This document shows positions 41,602 through 56,451 of a stretch of DNA of 64,000 nt, one piece after another (positions within the stretch are counted from its first letter, which is position 1; each line of letters opens with the position of its first letter). Made by a program: the position numbers and the translations under genes. The notes beneath the pieces were generated by a model. That model was not told the DNA's origin. It ran no database searches and saw only the letters and a list, made by a program, of their open reading frames with translations. This DNA comes from Octopus vulgaris. Its lineage: Eukaryota. The stretch lies in contig OX597828.1 of assembly GCA_951406725.2 (NCBI GenBank), positions 7,440,001-7,504,000 of the forward strand, written 5' to 3'.

Positions 41602-42298
41602 TTGAAAATATTGTAATTTTGTATCTTCTTAAGATATTACTGCATGTTCTTGGAAGGAAGTTTGTGAATGAATCAACGAGTAGAAAAATATAAAGGGAGG
41701 TTATTATTCAGGACAGGAGATGTAATTGCTCATTTTGTCAATAAACTCGAGATAATTTCGTTTGATTTTTAATGAATTTATTGATTATAATCACTTAATT
41801 TTCGATTTGTTTTTCCGCCTTTTTTATTTTTCCCAGTAACAACGAAAATAATAATAATAAATATTAGTTTAACGGCGGTAATTACAATTAATTAACGGAG
41901 AGGGTCAGGGGCCTTGTTAAATGTGGGATTATTTATTCCGGACTCGAATACCCGCTTCCTTAATCAGGTATTTGGAGGGTTTTAAGTAATGTCCAATGAT
42001 TTTCGCGAATAGTTTTCGCGTTTAGCAATTTTTGTTTTAAATTCCTCCGTGTTTGGCAAATTAAATAATACTGAATTGCCGGACGGCAGAAAATTCACCG
42101 CTAAATATAAATATATATATATTAACAGAAGTGCCGCACACTACGAGATACCGAATACCATCTTTAGATCCTTGCTGCACATTTGCACAATCTCAACCAG
42201 CCTCTATATTTCACGCTCTGTTTTTGCGATCAGTTTGAAATAATTTATGAAGAGAAAGTGGTTGAGACGAGGTCCATTCTTTCTCAGCTCACAGTGCA

Positions 42299-42589
42299 GT
42301 GGAGGCACATGGCCTAGTGGTCAGAGCAGCGGACTCGCGGTCGGGAGATCGCGGGTTCGAATCTCAGGCCGGGCAATGCGTATGTTTATGAGCGAAAACA
42401 CCTAAGCTCCACGCGGCTCCGGCAGAAGGTAATGGCGAACTTCTGCTGATTCTTTCGCCGCAACTTTCTCTCACTCTTTCCTCCTGCATCTTGCAGCTCA
42501 CCTGCGACGGACCGGTGGGGAACCTATACGCCAAGAAACCGGGAAACCGGCCCTTATGAGCCAGGCATGGCTCGAGAAGGAACAAACAA
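42299..42589 (+). mobile_element. full-length tRNA(Arg)-like SINE, tail type X, with a 14-bp TSD
   Basis: CAGCTCACAGTGCA at 42285-42298 and 42590-42603. Confidence 0.92.
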
Positions 42590-42744
42590 CAGCTCACAGT
42601 GCACGTTGATTTTGTTTCGGACTACAGAAAGTGGGATCAAGGCGGCGGTGAGCAGGCCGAATCGTTTCAGAATCGATGAAATAAATACCAGGTCGACGTA
42701 ATTAACTAACCATTTCCACTGAAATTTTCAGGCCTTGTGCCAAC

Positions 42745-42969
42745 TCGCCGTTGACAGAATCGTCAGCACGCTGGCCAAAATGATTAGCGGTATTTCTTCC
42801 AGTTTTACGTTCCTAGTTCAAACTCCGCCCAGGTCACGATTGCCTTTCATTCTTTCGTGGTCGATAAAGAACGTAGCAGTTCAGCACTGGGATCGATATA
42901 ATCAACTAGCACTCTCCTCCAAAATGACAGGTTTTGTTCCTATATCAGAAAGTGTTGTTGTTGTTGTTG

Positions 42970-43016
<47 letters not shown>

Positions 43017-43230
43017 GTTGTTGTTATTATTATTATCATCATCATCATTATTATTATTGATGATGTTGCTGCTGTTGTTGTTGTTGTTGTTGTGAGTTCA
43101 AATTCCGCCGTGGTCTACTTTGCCTTTCATCCTTTCGGAGCGATAAATTAAGTACCAGTGAAAAACTGGGGCCGATGTAATCGACACATCTCTTTCCCGA
43201 AAATAGCTTGTCTTGTGGCACAATTTGAAA
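42745..43230 (+). mobile_element. degenerate Meta-domain-like SINE copies separated by (GTT)/(ATT)n tracts
   Basis: GTTCAAATTCCGCC..TGCCTTTCAT motifs. Confidence 0.65.
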
Positions 43231-43278
43231 TCATTATTATTATTGCTAATGTTGTTGTTATTATTATTATTATTTTTA

Positions 43279-43342
<64 letters not shown>

Positions 43343-46004
43343 CTTTAATGTTACTGTGAATGCGCAACTTCCACGTAGCTCCCGCTAGGCAAAGGAATTC
43401 TACCTGGATAAACTAATGGAAAAACAAGATCGTTCGTTTCCGTTTTGATTTGGAATAATAAGGAAAGGCTTTTAGAGTTATCTAACTTTCAGGCTACTTT
43501 TGAAATGGAAGAAAAGTTCATTTTGACATTATTTCCTTTAGTAGCATATACTTTTTCTTTCTGGCAAGCGGCCATTTACAATGTTGTTCGAGTTTCGACA
43601 TATTTTGGATTGCATGAAGAGGTACATTTCTGAATGGCTATAAAAATCTCTATGCAAAAGAAAGAAAGAAAGAAAAAAAACAGAAAGAAAGCGAAATATA
43701 CTCCTTCCTTCATTTCTAGTCAAAAGCACAACCAATATAAGCACATAGACGATAAGATAGTCCAACAAATGTAAGGAAAGTAAACATTTATAACATGCAA
43801 AGAACAGTTAAGAACATTGATACGGATGTTAAAACCACAGGAACAGCTTGCGTACCAGTAAAAAGCTCTTTTCTTTCACTAGCATTGTTGGTGACTGAGA
43901 GGTACTGGATATGAGCAGGCATTTCGAAACAGGAAGAAAGATGAATAAGGTCTGTTGCAAGACAGAGTGTCAGTCTGCTCAGTTTTTACCTAAGATACAG
44001 TAAATTTACAGCGGCATATTTTTGATTTACAAACAGAGGGTTAGTGCCTTATGCCTTCAAAGGAAGATGTAACGGAATGCGTGACTTCTCATTGGCAGGA
44101 TCCGCACACAATAGAGTGCGGTAAAGATGTGGAGCCCTGAGATTTATTCTTTAAATCTAGGGTGAGATGCGGAGTCAAGTAGGCCTCCTGTTCCACAAGA
44201 TAGTGAATAGTCTTGCACAAAAGTATATGGGCAAGAAAAATAGAAGAACCAGTGCCAGAGATTTCAGTGCTGAGGTGGATGCTTGGTTTATGTTATCATG
44301 TTTGCTAAGCAGTGAAAGCAGAAGATGAGAATGTAAGTAAAATTCATCAACATGAGGCAAGAGTGAGGTTTGTACGAATATCAAGGAACTATAAGTAATG
44401 TGAAAACGAAAAAAAAAGTGAATAAAATGAAATACTTATAGAAAATATTGCATAGAATTTAAGTGTTTTCAACGTCTTTCAATAATGGCGGGTGAATCAA
44501 ATATACCGTAGTTCGTTGTAGGATATAAATAATCTGACTACTTGCTTATCGTGAAATTTATGCTTTTGTTTTTTAAATATCACCATTAAAGGTATTTCTC
44601 GTAAATAAACGAAACCCTCGTATCTATCACTGTACACACGAACACACGCACGCACACACACACACACACAAACACACACAGATTCTCATATCTATATATG
44701 TATTTATATATGTACCCACACGTGTCTACGTGTATAGGTACACTATTATCTATACGTGAAGAGACGAGGATCGATTCATATGAAAAAGTTAGGGAACAAA
44801 ATGCTTACAGGAAATATTGCATAGAATTTCAGAAGTGTTTCACCATTATAGGTATTTATAAATATTTATACTTCGGTGAAATTAAGAAATCAACTCGTAA
44901 ATAAGCGGAACCCTCGAATCTATCATTGTATATACACGTGCGCTGCGCAAGCACGTACACACACAAACACAAACAAACACATATACAGTCGTATATACGT
45001 ATGTACATAAATACATTCGTTTGAAGATAATCAAGCCAAATTTTCATCATTTCAAGCCATTTATCCAATGAGTATTTCTGCTAAATTTGGTAAAAATATA
45101 TATTATATTATATAGTAGCTTTCATTTCTTCCCTCGTCTTTGTATAACCGATCCACTCATGTCTTTTAATCCTTCTGTGCAACGTTTCTTAGTTTGCGTT
45201 GCTATCTTTCTTTTCGCGCGTGTATAATAAAGTCAAATACAAGGGTCGCTTTACCCCCTACCCCAAAGTTGCTGGCCTTGTGCCAAAATTTGGAACCATT
45301 ATTATTATTATCATCATCATTAATTAATTAATTAAGGTAGCGAACTTGCAAGACTCTTAGCACTTCGGAGAAAATGCTTAGCAGTATTTCTACCGGCTCT
45401 TTACGTTCAAATTCCGCCGAGCTCTGCATTGCCTTTTTTTTCCTGGATCGATACAAGAAATGCAAGCCACGTTCTGGGGTCGATGTAATCAACTTGCCCC
45501 TCCCCCTTAAAATTGTGGGCATTGGGTGGAAATGAGAAAGAATCAATCTTGTTGTTGCAATTGCTGTTGTTGCAATTATAATTGTTATTATATTGTTATA
45601 ATTTTACTTCTGCGTTAGAGATAAAATCACTGATAAATTACATCTAACATAATGTTAAAACCACCACCACTACTATCACCGTCGCCGTAACCACCAGCGC
45701 CGCCACCGTCACCACCACCGCCGCCGTCACCACCGCTACCATAGAAATGCCATCACTATCATGGCCACAATATCACCAACACTACCATAAAACCACCGTA
45801 ACACTATCACCATCACCACTGCCATTACTAACACACAATTACGTCACTATCAGCGCAAAACCATCACCACTACCACCACCACCTTAACGATCACTTGCTT
45901 AAATAAACACCTCATGCTGTTACCAACTCCAGCTGCCACCAGTGAAAATACCAAGTAAAACCTTATACCATCACCACCATCGCAGTCTACAATAATTCCT
46001 TTTT

Positions 46005-46798
46005 AATTCTTGGCACCAGGCCAGCAATTCTGAGAGGTGGAGGAGGAGGAGGAGGAAGAAGAAGAAGAAGAAGAAGTCAACTGCATTAATCCCAGTGCAC
46101 AACTGGTACTGATGTCATTGACATCGAAAGGATGAAAGGCAAAGTCGACCACAGTGGCTTTTGAACTCAGAACGTAAAGAGCCGGAGGAAATGCCACTAA
46201 GTATTTTATTCGGCATGCCAACAATCCTGCCAGCTCGCTTTTTTTGCGCTGCCTACACTGTCGACACCACTTCAAGCCAAGGGAGAACATACTGGTGGAT
46301 GTGTTTTTAGATAGCTTGTAGCTGGATATCAGATGGAATGGTCGTGGTTGGAATGTTTTTGATTGCAGAGAAGGATTGACCTCGAGACCTAAACAGCAGC
46401 AAAATCTGTAGTAGCAACAACACTAATGGCGACTTCAGTTCTTACTTCTTTACTACCCACAAGGGACTAAACATAGAGGGGACAAACAAGGACAGACAAA
46501 CGGATTAAGTTGATTATATCGACTCTAGTGCGTAACTGGTACTTATTTAATCGACCCCGAAAGGATGAAAGGCAAAGTCGACCTCGGCGGAATTCGAACT
46601 CAGAACGCAACGGCCGACGAAATACCACTAAGCATTTCGCCCAGCGTGCCAACGCTTCTGCTTGCTCACCGCCGTTGTTTTTTTTTTTTTTTTTTTATTA
46701 AAGGCAGAGTTGACCTCAGCGGAATTTGAACTCAGACAAGACGAAATGCCGCTAAGCATTTTTGCCTGGTGGGCTAAGATTCTGCCAGCTCGCCGCTT
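46005..46798 (-). mobile_element. three Meta-domain-like SINE copies
   Basis: Family motifs at 46005-46240, 46445-46675 and 46700-46798. Confidence 0.75.
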
Positions 46799-47398
46799 TA
46801 CAAAATTTGGAGAATCCGTGTAACGATCCCGGTACCTCTCGCATGCTAAGCAAGTGACGACTTCAGTCCTATCACCATCACCAGCTTACCATCATCACTG
46901 CTACTACCATAGCAGTAAAGAAAGGACGATATTATCATATATATATATATATAAAGAAATGTAAAAACGAAACTAAATGTTTCACCGGGAAAGGTTGAGT
47001 AAAAATAAATGGTGAACTGAAGGGGCAAAAAAAAAAAAAGAAAATAGAATAATAAAATAAAATAAAATTTAAGGAAAAAGGAAAAGAATCCTCAAATATA
47101 AGAGAAAAAGAGGGAAAAAAACAGCAATGAAGGTGATATATTCTCGCCAGTAATTTCTGATTTTTTTTTGTGTATTTCTTAACAAATTCTTGTTATTATT
47201 GTTTTTATTTCTTTATTATTATTATTATTATTGTTGTTGTTATTGTTGTTGTTGTTGTTGTTGTTGTTGAGAGAATAAACGTACATATATACATATAAAT
47301 ACACACACATACACACGCACATATATGCACAAATGTACCTACACATACTACGTTTATACAACATCTCTATATACCTTATTGAATTTCAATTTCCCTTA

Positions 47399-47454
<56 letters not shown>

Positions 47455-50400
47455 GTGTAAAGAAAAAAGGAAAGTGAAAAGTAAGAAAAAAATAATTAAA
47501 CAAAATGAAATTACGTAAAAAAGAAATACAAACCATACTTTAAAACAAAACAAAAAAACTAATTTGGAAACTGATTAGGTAAAATAAAAAATAATACATT
47601 TTTACGTGGATATAAAAAGAAAGGAAGAAAGTGTAGAATTAAATTGATTTTCAGAATAATTGTATTATACTCAGCTTTTTTTTTTCTTTTCTTTGTGTAT
47701 CCTTAGCAACAAAACTGCGCCCTTTCTCCAGGCACTTACCGCCATAAGTATCAACAGGGCCACATATATGGTGCAAACAGGACACACACACATACTTACA
47801 CATACATACACACACACATACATGCAGACATACAGAATGGAAACATTTTCAATTTAATACATGTACTTTCGAACTTGAAGTGCCAATTAAGTAAGTTGCC
47901 GCTGCTGTTACACGAACACTGGCCGCGACGCATTTTCTTTGACTCTACGAAAAGCAGCGTTTAGCGAAATTGGTGGTCGAGACGGTGTAAATAAAATAAA
48001 GCCGAATGACGGAATATCATTGGTTAAAATTCTAATTATTAAACAACGTTAAACTTAGAAGTTACAATTCCGTTTTCATTCTGGTTTACAATTAAGTTTA
48101 CTTTTGACACACACACAGACATTTACACACAAGCTCTCACGAATCTGTTTGGTTCAGTAGGAAAAATTTGAAAAAACTGGCCTCAAAATAGAAAAGATCC
48201 CAACTCTCAAACGGTCAGCGCAGTGTACTGTATACGAATACAAGCTCACGGGTACAGTGGAAGAGAAGATATATTTGATCAAACTGCATACACAGACGCA
48301 TATGCGCACTCATGCTTTAACGGCGTGCAGTTATCTCCCCTGTTGCTCTCTTCTGATTAACGTCCTGTCGTTTCTGCTCCTTTCTAACATGCTTTGCTAT
48401 ATTCTAAATCATATTTATCAATTGTTCCATTTCTGTTGCTTTTTCTTTCGTAGTTCTTTGTGTATGACGCGGAGCTTAAACTCGAAACATTGAAGACGTA
48501 TCTACTTCCTTTCCTTGCCTTGAATGTAAACCTAATATCATAACTTTGCTTTCAATTTTTTTTTTATGTCGGTCCGCTTGGTGTTTTACACACACACACA
48601 CACACACACATACACTTGATAAAACCCACCCAAGAATATCAATTACCAGCAAAAGTGAAGGCGTCTGTGTGGTCGCTCAACCTGTTTGAAATAGGGGCCA
48701 AATCTACCTTGAATCGCTTCCAGCTTTCTTACAAAAGGAAGGACTTGTACACTCAAAGTAATGTAATCTCAGGTGCATAATAGTCTCAAAGTCAGATGGG
48801 ATGATCGTTGCTAGAACATTCTGATCATAAGGTTGCTTGATTTTGCCCTACCCACATTATCTAAAAAACAAGTATATTAATAACATCAGCAGCAAATTGC
48901 ATCTTTTAGAGAAACCAATAAGTTTATTGAGAACCACTTTAACAAAATCCATTAAAACAGGATTATTTAAATCACGACATTTGGTTAGCTCTGGCAAAGC
49001 AGAACTACAGCCAAATGTGTTCTCCCTGTGATCATCGAGTATCTTGTACACTTAGGACTATATTTACTACGCTTTTCTTTCATTATAGGGCAGTAGAGTG
49101 TGACATGAGGAAAATTTGGTTGTTAATTCGTCGTTTCTTTATGTGAGACGTGTTGTATTTTGACCGTGACAAGTTGTTTTTTTCCTGTTTCATAGAACAG
49201 GTTTCAAATTGTGACAGGTTCTTTGTTACTTCATGTACAACGTAACAAGTTTTAGACTATAATAGGCTTATTGTTTGTTCAAGGTTCATGTGTTAATTTT
49301 AAACCGCGGCAAGCTTGGATTTGCTTTTCATCCTTCCAGTGTTGATAAAATAAATATCACAAGTTGATAAACTCGTCCAATGATGAGGTAGAGCTGTGAT
49401 CCTGCAGCAGCAGCAGCTATCTCAACATTTCACAGATTTTACCGCACGGATTACCTTAACTCATGTTTCGTTCCCTCATTTTTTAAAAGAGTACGGACTG
49501 AATTTTCGATAGTCTTCGCAAGTGGAACGTTTAATCAGAGACTGTTTCGTTGGAACAAATAAATAGCGGTTGCATAAAGTGGATGATTTAATAGGTTGTC
49601 TCTTTCCTTCAGCTATTTCTGATATTGTAATAATGGAAAACAATTTTTATTATCATTTATCAATCTTCAAGTTCGCATTTATAATTATTTTTACTTTTTC
49701 ATATTTGCAGGACCGGTGAAAGAATATTTTGTTGTTGCTCTTTTGTCATTGTTGTTGTTTTCGTTTTAGCCCTAGGTTATCCCAGACTGAACAGACCAAT
49801 GATCATACGGATTTCAGCTGTGACTATTACACAAGAACATTATTCGTCGCGTTCTTTATCACGACGGCGTTGTGTGATTTGATGGAGATTTGGCGATCAA
49901 TTCTTCGGAATTAATAAGTGGCCGAATCCATAGGATATTGGACAGCTGTCAGAGCCACATGCTGTGAGTAAATACGTAGGATAGGCTGTATATTGTATGT
50001 GGCGAAGCCTAATGATCTATATTTAAAAAAATCATTATTATTAGCGATAGATTTGCTGAATCGTTAGCACATCGGAAAATAAAAACTCTGCCTTCTGCGT
50101 TCGAATCCCATCGAAGTCATCTTTGCAGTTCATCCTTTCGGGATTGATTAAATAAAGTACCAGTCATGAAATGAGATCGTTGTAATTGTTAGACACCTAC
50201 CCTCAAAAGATACTGGTCTTCTGCTACGTTTAGAAAACATTGTTAATTTTGACGAACGATCCATAGCTGTGATCTGAAATAACTTTATAAATTTTAGTTG
50301 GAAAAAGTTACTTCAACTTAAAAAGAAAATTTAATTAAATTAAGGAGAAAATTAAAGTTTGAAAATAACTCTTTATAAAATCTAAATATATTTAAAGCGT

Positions 50401-51387
50401 TTTTATTCAATTTTCATGCTAAATAATATCTAAAGTAAAGAAAAGTATTCCATTGATGAAAATTTGAAAAAAAAATGAAGAAAGAAAAGAAACATTTTTT
50501 TCTGATTCAAAGCTTATAGGAAGAACTTTAATTAAATGATTACGTAGATTATTTTAAGTTTTCAACTTTAGATCCATATTCTTCAAATTAACGAAAAGAA
50601 AGAAAAGGCAAAAAGAAGAGTATAAAGCTCCTATTTTTTTCAATTCTGAAAATTTGCTAAGAAATTGAAAATTGTTTTTCTTCCTTTTTTTTTTCTTTGG
50701 TTTCCTTATTATTCTAATTGAACCAAACTAGATTCGATAGCAAATATCGGATTATTCTTTTAATGTTTGATGGAAAACATGCTGAATTTGCCGTAAAATT
50801 TCACAAGAGGCAATTATTTCGTAATTTCATTTATTTCCTAATAACTTTTTTTATATTCGCTCTGAAATCTTAAGATTCTTGTCTAGATTCCTGTACTTTC
50901 TTCATTTTTGCCCTAAATCCTATATTATGCAAAAGACAAAAAAAAAAAAAAAAAAAAGAAAGAAAAAGAAAAGAAGATCCATTATTATTAATAGTATTAT
51001 TACAGAAAGCAATTCAATGCCAGAAACGACGGAACGCCGATTAAAAATAAATTACAATGATGACTTACTCCTCCTTACGAACTGAGTTCAAATCCTGCCA
51101 AGTTCGGCGGTAACTTTTATTATCCTTCCTCGGTTGATAAGATAACTTGCAATCAAGAACAAATTTTATACGATCAAATCGAATAGTATTCTATTCCCCT
51201 CTCGCCATTAATTTAGACTTATCTATGTGAAAGAAATTAAGTATAATAATTTAAAGAACGGCTACAAATTCATCTATTCTTTGGGGCCTTTAGACCAATA
51301 TAAGAAATCAATATTGCCCATTTTTATTTTTGGGGGGAATGGTGATCACAAAGCTGATAAAATTGGTATAAATAATAACGTGTAAAG

Positions 51388-51949
51388 ATTCTTTTCTACA
51401 CTAGGCTCAAGGCCCGAAATTTTGGGGGAGGAGGCCAGTCGATTAGATCAACCTCAATACACAACTGGTACCTTATTTATCGACTTCGAAAGGATGAAAG
51501 GCAAAGTCGACCTCGGTGGAATTAGAACTCAGAACATAAAGACAGACGAAATACCTATTTCTTTACTACCCACAATGGGCTAAACACAGAGAGGACAAAC
51601 AAGGACAGACAAACGGATTAAGTCGTTAATATCGACCCCAGTGCGTAACTGGTAATTATTTAATCGACCCCGAAACGATGAAAGGCAAAGTCGACCTCGG
51701 CGGAATTTGAAATCAGAACGTAGCGGCAGACGAAATACCTATTTCTTTATTACCCACAAGGGGCTAAACACAGAGGGGACAAACAAGGACAGACATAGGT
51801 ATTAAGTCGATCACATCGACCCCAGTGCGTATCTGGTACTTAATTTATCGACCCCGAAAAGATGAAAGGCAAAGTCGACCTCGGCGGCAGACGAAATACC
51901 GCTAAGCATCTCGCCCGGCATGCTAAAGTTTCTGCCAGCTCGCCGCCTT
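51388..51949 (-). mobile_element. Meta-domain-like SINE array: head, two long-tail units, one short-tail unit
   Basis: GAAATACC junctions at ~51548, ~51732 and ~51893. Confidence 0.88.
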
Positions 51950-52146
51950 AATACCGTGCAAATATTGGGTTAGAAAACCCTTTGGATAGAAAATGTCGAA
52001 TGCTGCCCGTGGGACTTGTGTATAGAGGAGATGTGGTTCGAGTCTCAGGAGCAGCCTTCGAATTTTTCTAGCCAAAGATTTTCTTTTAGATTTTTACATG
52101 CTGTCATTTGCAGCTTTATCTGCTTCGAGATTCATCGTTCCAAAAT

Positions 52147-52232
<86 letters not shown>

Positions 52233-52260
52233 TAATAATAATAATAATAATAATAATAAT

Positions 52261-52789
52261 TGCCCTGATGCAGTACCAGACAGTGGCTCTCATGGCTTCT
52301 GATCTTAATTGATTGGAAGTGTTGTCATGTACATTATTTTGTCTTCGTATAAAAAATGGGCGACAGCAAATATTCTGCTCAATACCACAGATTTGCTTGT
52401 CAGTTGTTTGACCTTAACCAGTTGACTATGTCCCTTAGTGGCTGACGATATGTGCATCTTTGATCATGAGCAGAAGTAGTGGGGGAGCATCATAGCCATG
52501 TGTTGTGAGGGATTCTTGAAGGTTTGGATAATTCACCTTTGGAAACATGGGTGGTTCGTTCAACATCCTTAAACAATCCTTATTCAGGGACCTTTTGAGT
52601 GGGATGGGCTACTCGACCAGAAGAAAATTCTAACTGGGCCCCACCTGCAAGGTCATGCGCTGTTTATCTTGATATGAGATCACCATGTCGCGTATATATG
52701 GTTGTGATGCATGTGCCTGGTGTACCCTTATCAGACGGGTAGTCATGATGGGTATACCGGGCTTCGTATATTTTACCCCAGTGTCACTC
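52261..52789. mobile_element. ~530-bp sequence embedded in an (AAT)n tract, probably an interspersed repeat
   Basis: Long (AAC)/(AAT)n on the left, (AAT)n on the right, sharp boundaries. Confidence 0.5.
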
Positions 52790-52893
<104 letters not shown>

Positions 52894-54931
52894 TAATAAT
52901 AATTTCATGTTCTCTCAAAATTTATAAATACTTATGAAATCAATATTATGTTTTACTCGAAATAGGTTTAAAGGCTTTCGAGACATGACCATCATATAAA
53001 TAAATATACGGGACAATAATTTTCCAGTATGTTCCTTTTTTTTTTTTTTCATCAAATAGATTAGTGCCATAAGACGATAATTTGTCCGTTATTTCTAAGA
53101 GATATGGGAGTAGGTCGGGGAAGAAAAGATAAATGTCAGCACTAAAAAAGGTGGGGAAGAGCAGCGTGAATAGGGAGGGAAAGGTGGATATCCAGCGACA
53201 GGGTCCGCATCTGAAGTATGCGGTAAGTGAATATAGAGGATGAGAGGAAACAAGGATGGAGAAAAAGATGGCCGATATGAAATGGTGTTCAGTAGTGGCC
53301 GAGGTCAACCTTAACTGATCCGACATATAATCAAAGGCAGTCCAGCCTTGCCCATCACGTTTTTTCCTCTGTGCAGGCAACCCAGGTTCACATACCCAAC
53401 ATGTTTTTTCTTAAGACAAGAAGATAAGGCTGTTAATTCTACCAGGTAGAGCGACCACGAAGGGGTTCGTTTGTTAGATCAACTTTGAATAGGAGTTCTA
53501 AAATTTCTGCTGTCCACTTAGCAGTAAGTGTCTTGGCAGACAGTCGTGGTCAAGCTCTATAGAAAAGTAGTTTGAAAAGCGTCGGACAAAATGCATTGAA
53601 GTAATTATTGTGGTTCTTTAAACTCTAAGTTGAAATTCTGCAACAATCAAATTTGCTTTACATTACCAATGTTGGGCGGTGAACGAGCGGGTGGCTTGCA
53701 GCATTTGAACGCAGCTCCCTGCGTTCTCTGTCCAAATCTAACTGTAGCATATTTGGATAGTAGGCTTAATCCGTCTCTCACTACAAGGCAGCTTGGGTAC
53801 CTTTAGCGAGGTTCACTCGGCTGCAAGCATTCCACCGAAGTTCCAGTTTCAGGATAATAACTTTCCACTCCCCGGCACCTTCGAAAACCTTGTAAAGGAT
53901 CATGGGTATTATTAATCCTTCTCGATTAACAGGTAAAAAACAAAAGTGCCGAGCTCTAATCTCACCATAGACCACTTGGATAGTAGCTTTAAGCCGTTAT
54001 CCCATTTAACACTAGGACGGGTCACAGGGATAACTTTCGTGCAGTTCATCCCGTTGTAAGCATTCCACAAAAGTTCCCGTTTTTAGAAAATTCATTTTCT
54101 GTTTTTCACCCAGAAGAAAAAAAAAGATAAATAATAAAAGTTATGAAGCTAAAACTATCAAAGCTACTGAGAAAAGGTACAAACATCACCATGTTTTATT
54201 CACCTACATTGATAGCATTATTTAAACTCCAGTTGAAAGAAGCCTATAATTGAGTTGTTTTTACAACTGGGACAACATTTCAATTATGACAAAAAAAGAA
54301 GAAAAAAAAAATGAAAAAATTAAGAAGACACAAGAAAGAATCGCAGAAATCGAAAACGAAAATACAAGAATAACAGTAACAAAAAAAAACAAACAAAAAA
54401 TAGTGAAAATTTCATCTCGAATAAATAACAAATCTGTTGTTTGGTGTTTGTTGTATTTGTCTTGCTCCCTGTCTCTCTTTCTCTCTTTCCCTTCCTCTCA
54501 CCCTTTTCATTTTTCATATGTAATATATATATATATATTCTAAATATATAAATATGTATATATATATTTCGCTTAGGCATCGTGAATATATTTATTTACA
54601 TATATACATATATGTGTTTAAAATTTATATACGTACATATGCGTATACACATACGCTCTCACACATGCAAACACACATACATACATACATACATACATAC
54701 ATACATACATACATACATACATACATACATACATACATACATACGCACACACGCACACATGAATATGAATATGATTATTTTTTTCAGCTTGTCGCTCTAG
54801 TTACTATTTTAATAGAAGGTAAAATCTTCTTAACGATATACATACGTATATACACACATGTGTGTATGTGTAGCCATATATATATATATATATATTCAAC
54901 CATATATATATATAGATATATATATATTCAA

Positions 54932-54979
<48 letters not shown>

Positions 54980-55382
54980 CCATATATATATATATATACA
55001 TATACATACACACTCGTATATTCTGTTAAAATTTTCAATGTTACTGCGCTTTTTGTATAGTTTTCCTCCTTTGTTTATCTATGTATTTACTGCGATATCT
55101 AACAGATTTTCAATACTTGTTGTTGTTCTGAAGTTGTTGTAGGGGCGATGGCTGATATAAAGGTGACTGTTGTATTTTAAACGTCATAGATTTTTATAGT
55201 TATTCTTTGTAGCTTACATTTATTGTTTGTTATGTTCTCTGTGCTTTTTTGCCATTGTTAGCCATTTTTTTCCAGGACAGGAAATTATGTGTATATGCGC
55301 GCGCACGCGTGTGTAAGCGTGCGTGTGTGCGAACGTGTGCGTGTATAAATGTATGCTTATATTTATAACACACACTCATATA

Positions 55383-55430
<48 letters not shown>

Positions 55431-55515
55431 CATATATATATGTGTGTGTGTATTGCACACGAGTGCATCCCCATATATACATACATATATATATATATAC
55501 GTATGTATATATACG

Positions 55516-55550
<35 letters not shown>

Positions 55551-56058
55551 GCACACTATATATTGATATATGTATGCATATAAGCGCGCGTATGTATATG
55601 TGTGCATGGGTGCGCATGGGCTTAATCGTGTATATTTGTGAAGGTATGTTTTTGTGGGTCTATTTCCGTCTCTCTGTTTCAATGTCTGTAAATGTGTTTA
55701 CGTGCGTCATTTAAAGAAAACCCACTCATAGATAGTAGCTGCTACTTAACAAGTATTTCTAGGATTAAGGCTATTTCCTATTTAGAAACCTCCAGACTTT
55801 TATTGTTTCTTTAATAAACCAAACATTCATATAAAATTATTTCTTGAAATAGATTTCATCAGATCTACTTTATAAATATTTCATCTTCGTTAGTTTTAGA
55901 GTTCTGACAAAGATGCTGCACACATACAAATTTAGTTTTGTCTTTCTTATGTATTTACGCACACGTACATAAGGCGAATCCATCTCGATGTATTTAATCT
56001 TCAACCATACATATATACGTACACACACACACACATATACACATGTATCAGAAAGAGA

Positions 56059-56094
<36 letters not shown>

Positions 56095-56247
56095 CAGGCA
56101 GAGAAAGAGAGATTGATTGATTGACATGTTCTACAAAACACATCTTGGGTCGTCCAAAAAGGAATCACACTTTCCCGAATAAGTACTCAATAAAGAATTT
56201 ATCGAATATATGTGACTCTGAATGCATCTCTCTCTCTCTCTTTCTCA

Positions 56248-56285
<38 letters not shown>

Positions 56286-56420
56286 ATATATATATATATA
56301 TATGTTTTTCTCTCTCTCTCTGTATATATATATATATATGTGTATATATACATACATATAGATATATATATATACATATGCATACATACATACACACACA
56401 TACATACATACATACATACA

Positions 56421-56451
<31 letters not shown>

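Noticed and set aside
43800-44390. Possible decayed LINE endonuclease region on the minus strand, also 53050-53550
   Set aside because: Only vague residue-level resemblance; a translated search is needed.
44430-45010. Diverged ~300-370-bp direct duplication
   Set aside because: No ribozyme core or covarying stems seen; looks like an ordinary old local duplication.
48455-48500. Additional family A/B-like hammerhead remnant (ATGACGCGGAGCTTAAACTCGAAACATT)
   Set aside because: Too degenerate to support.
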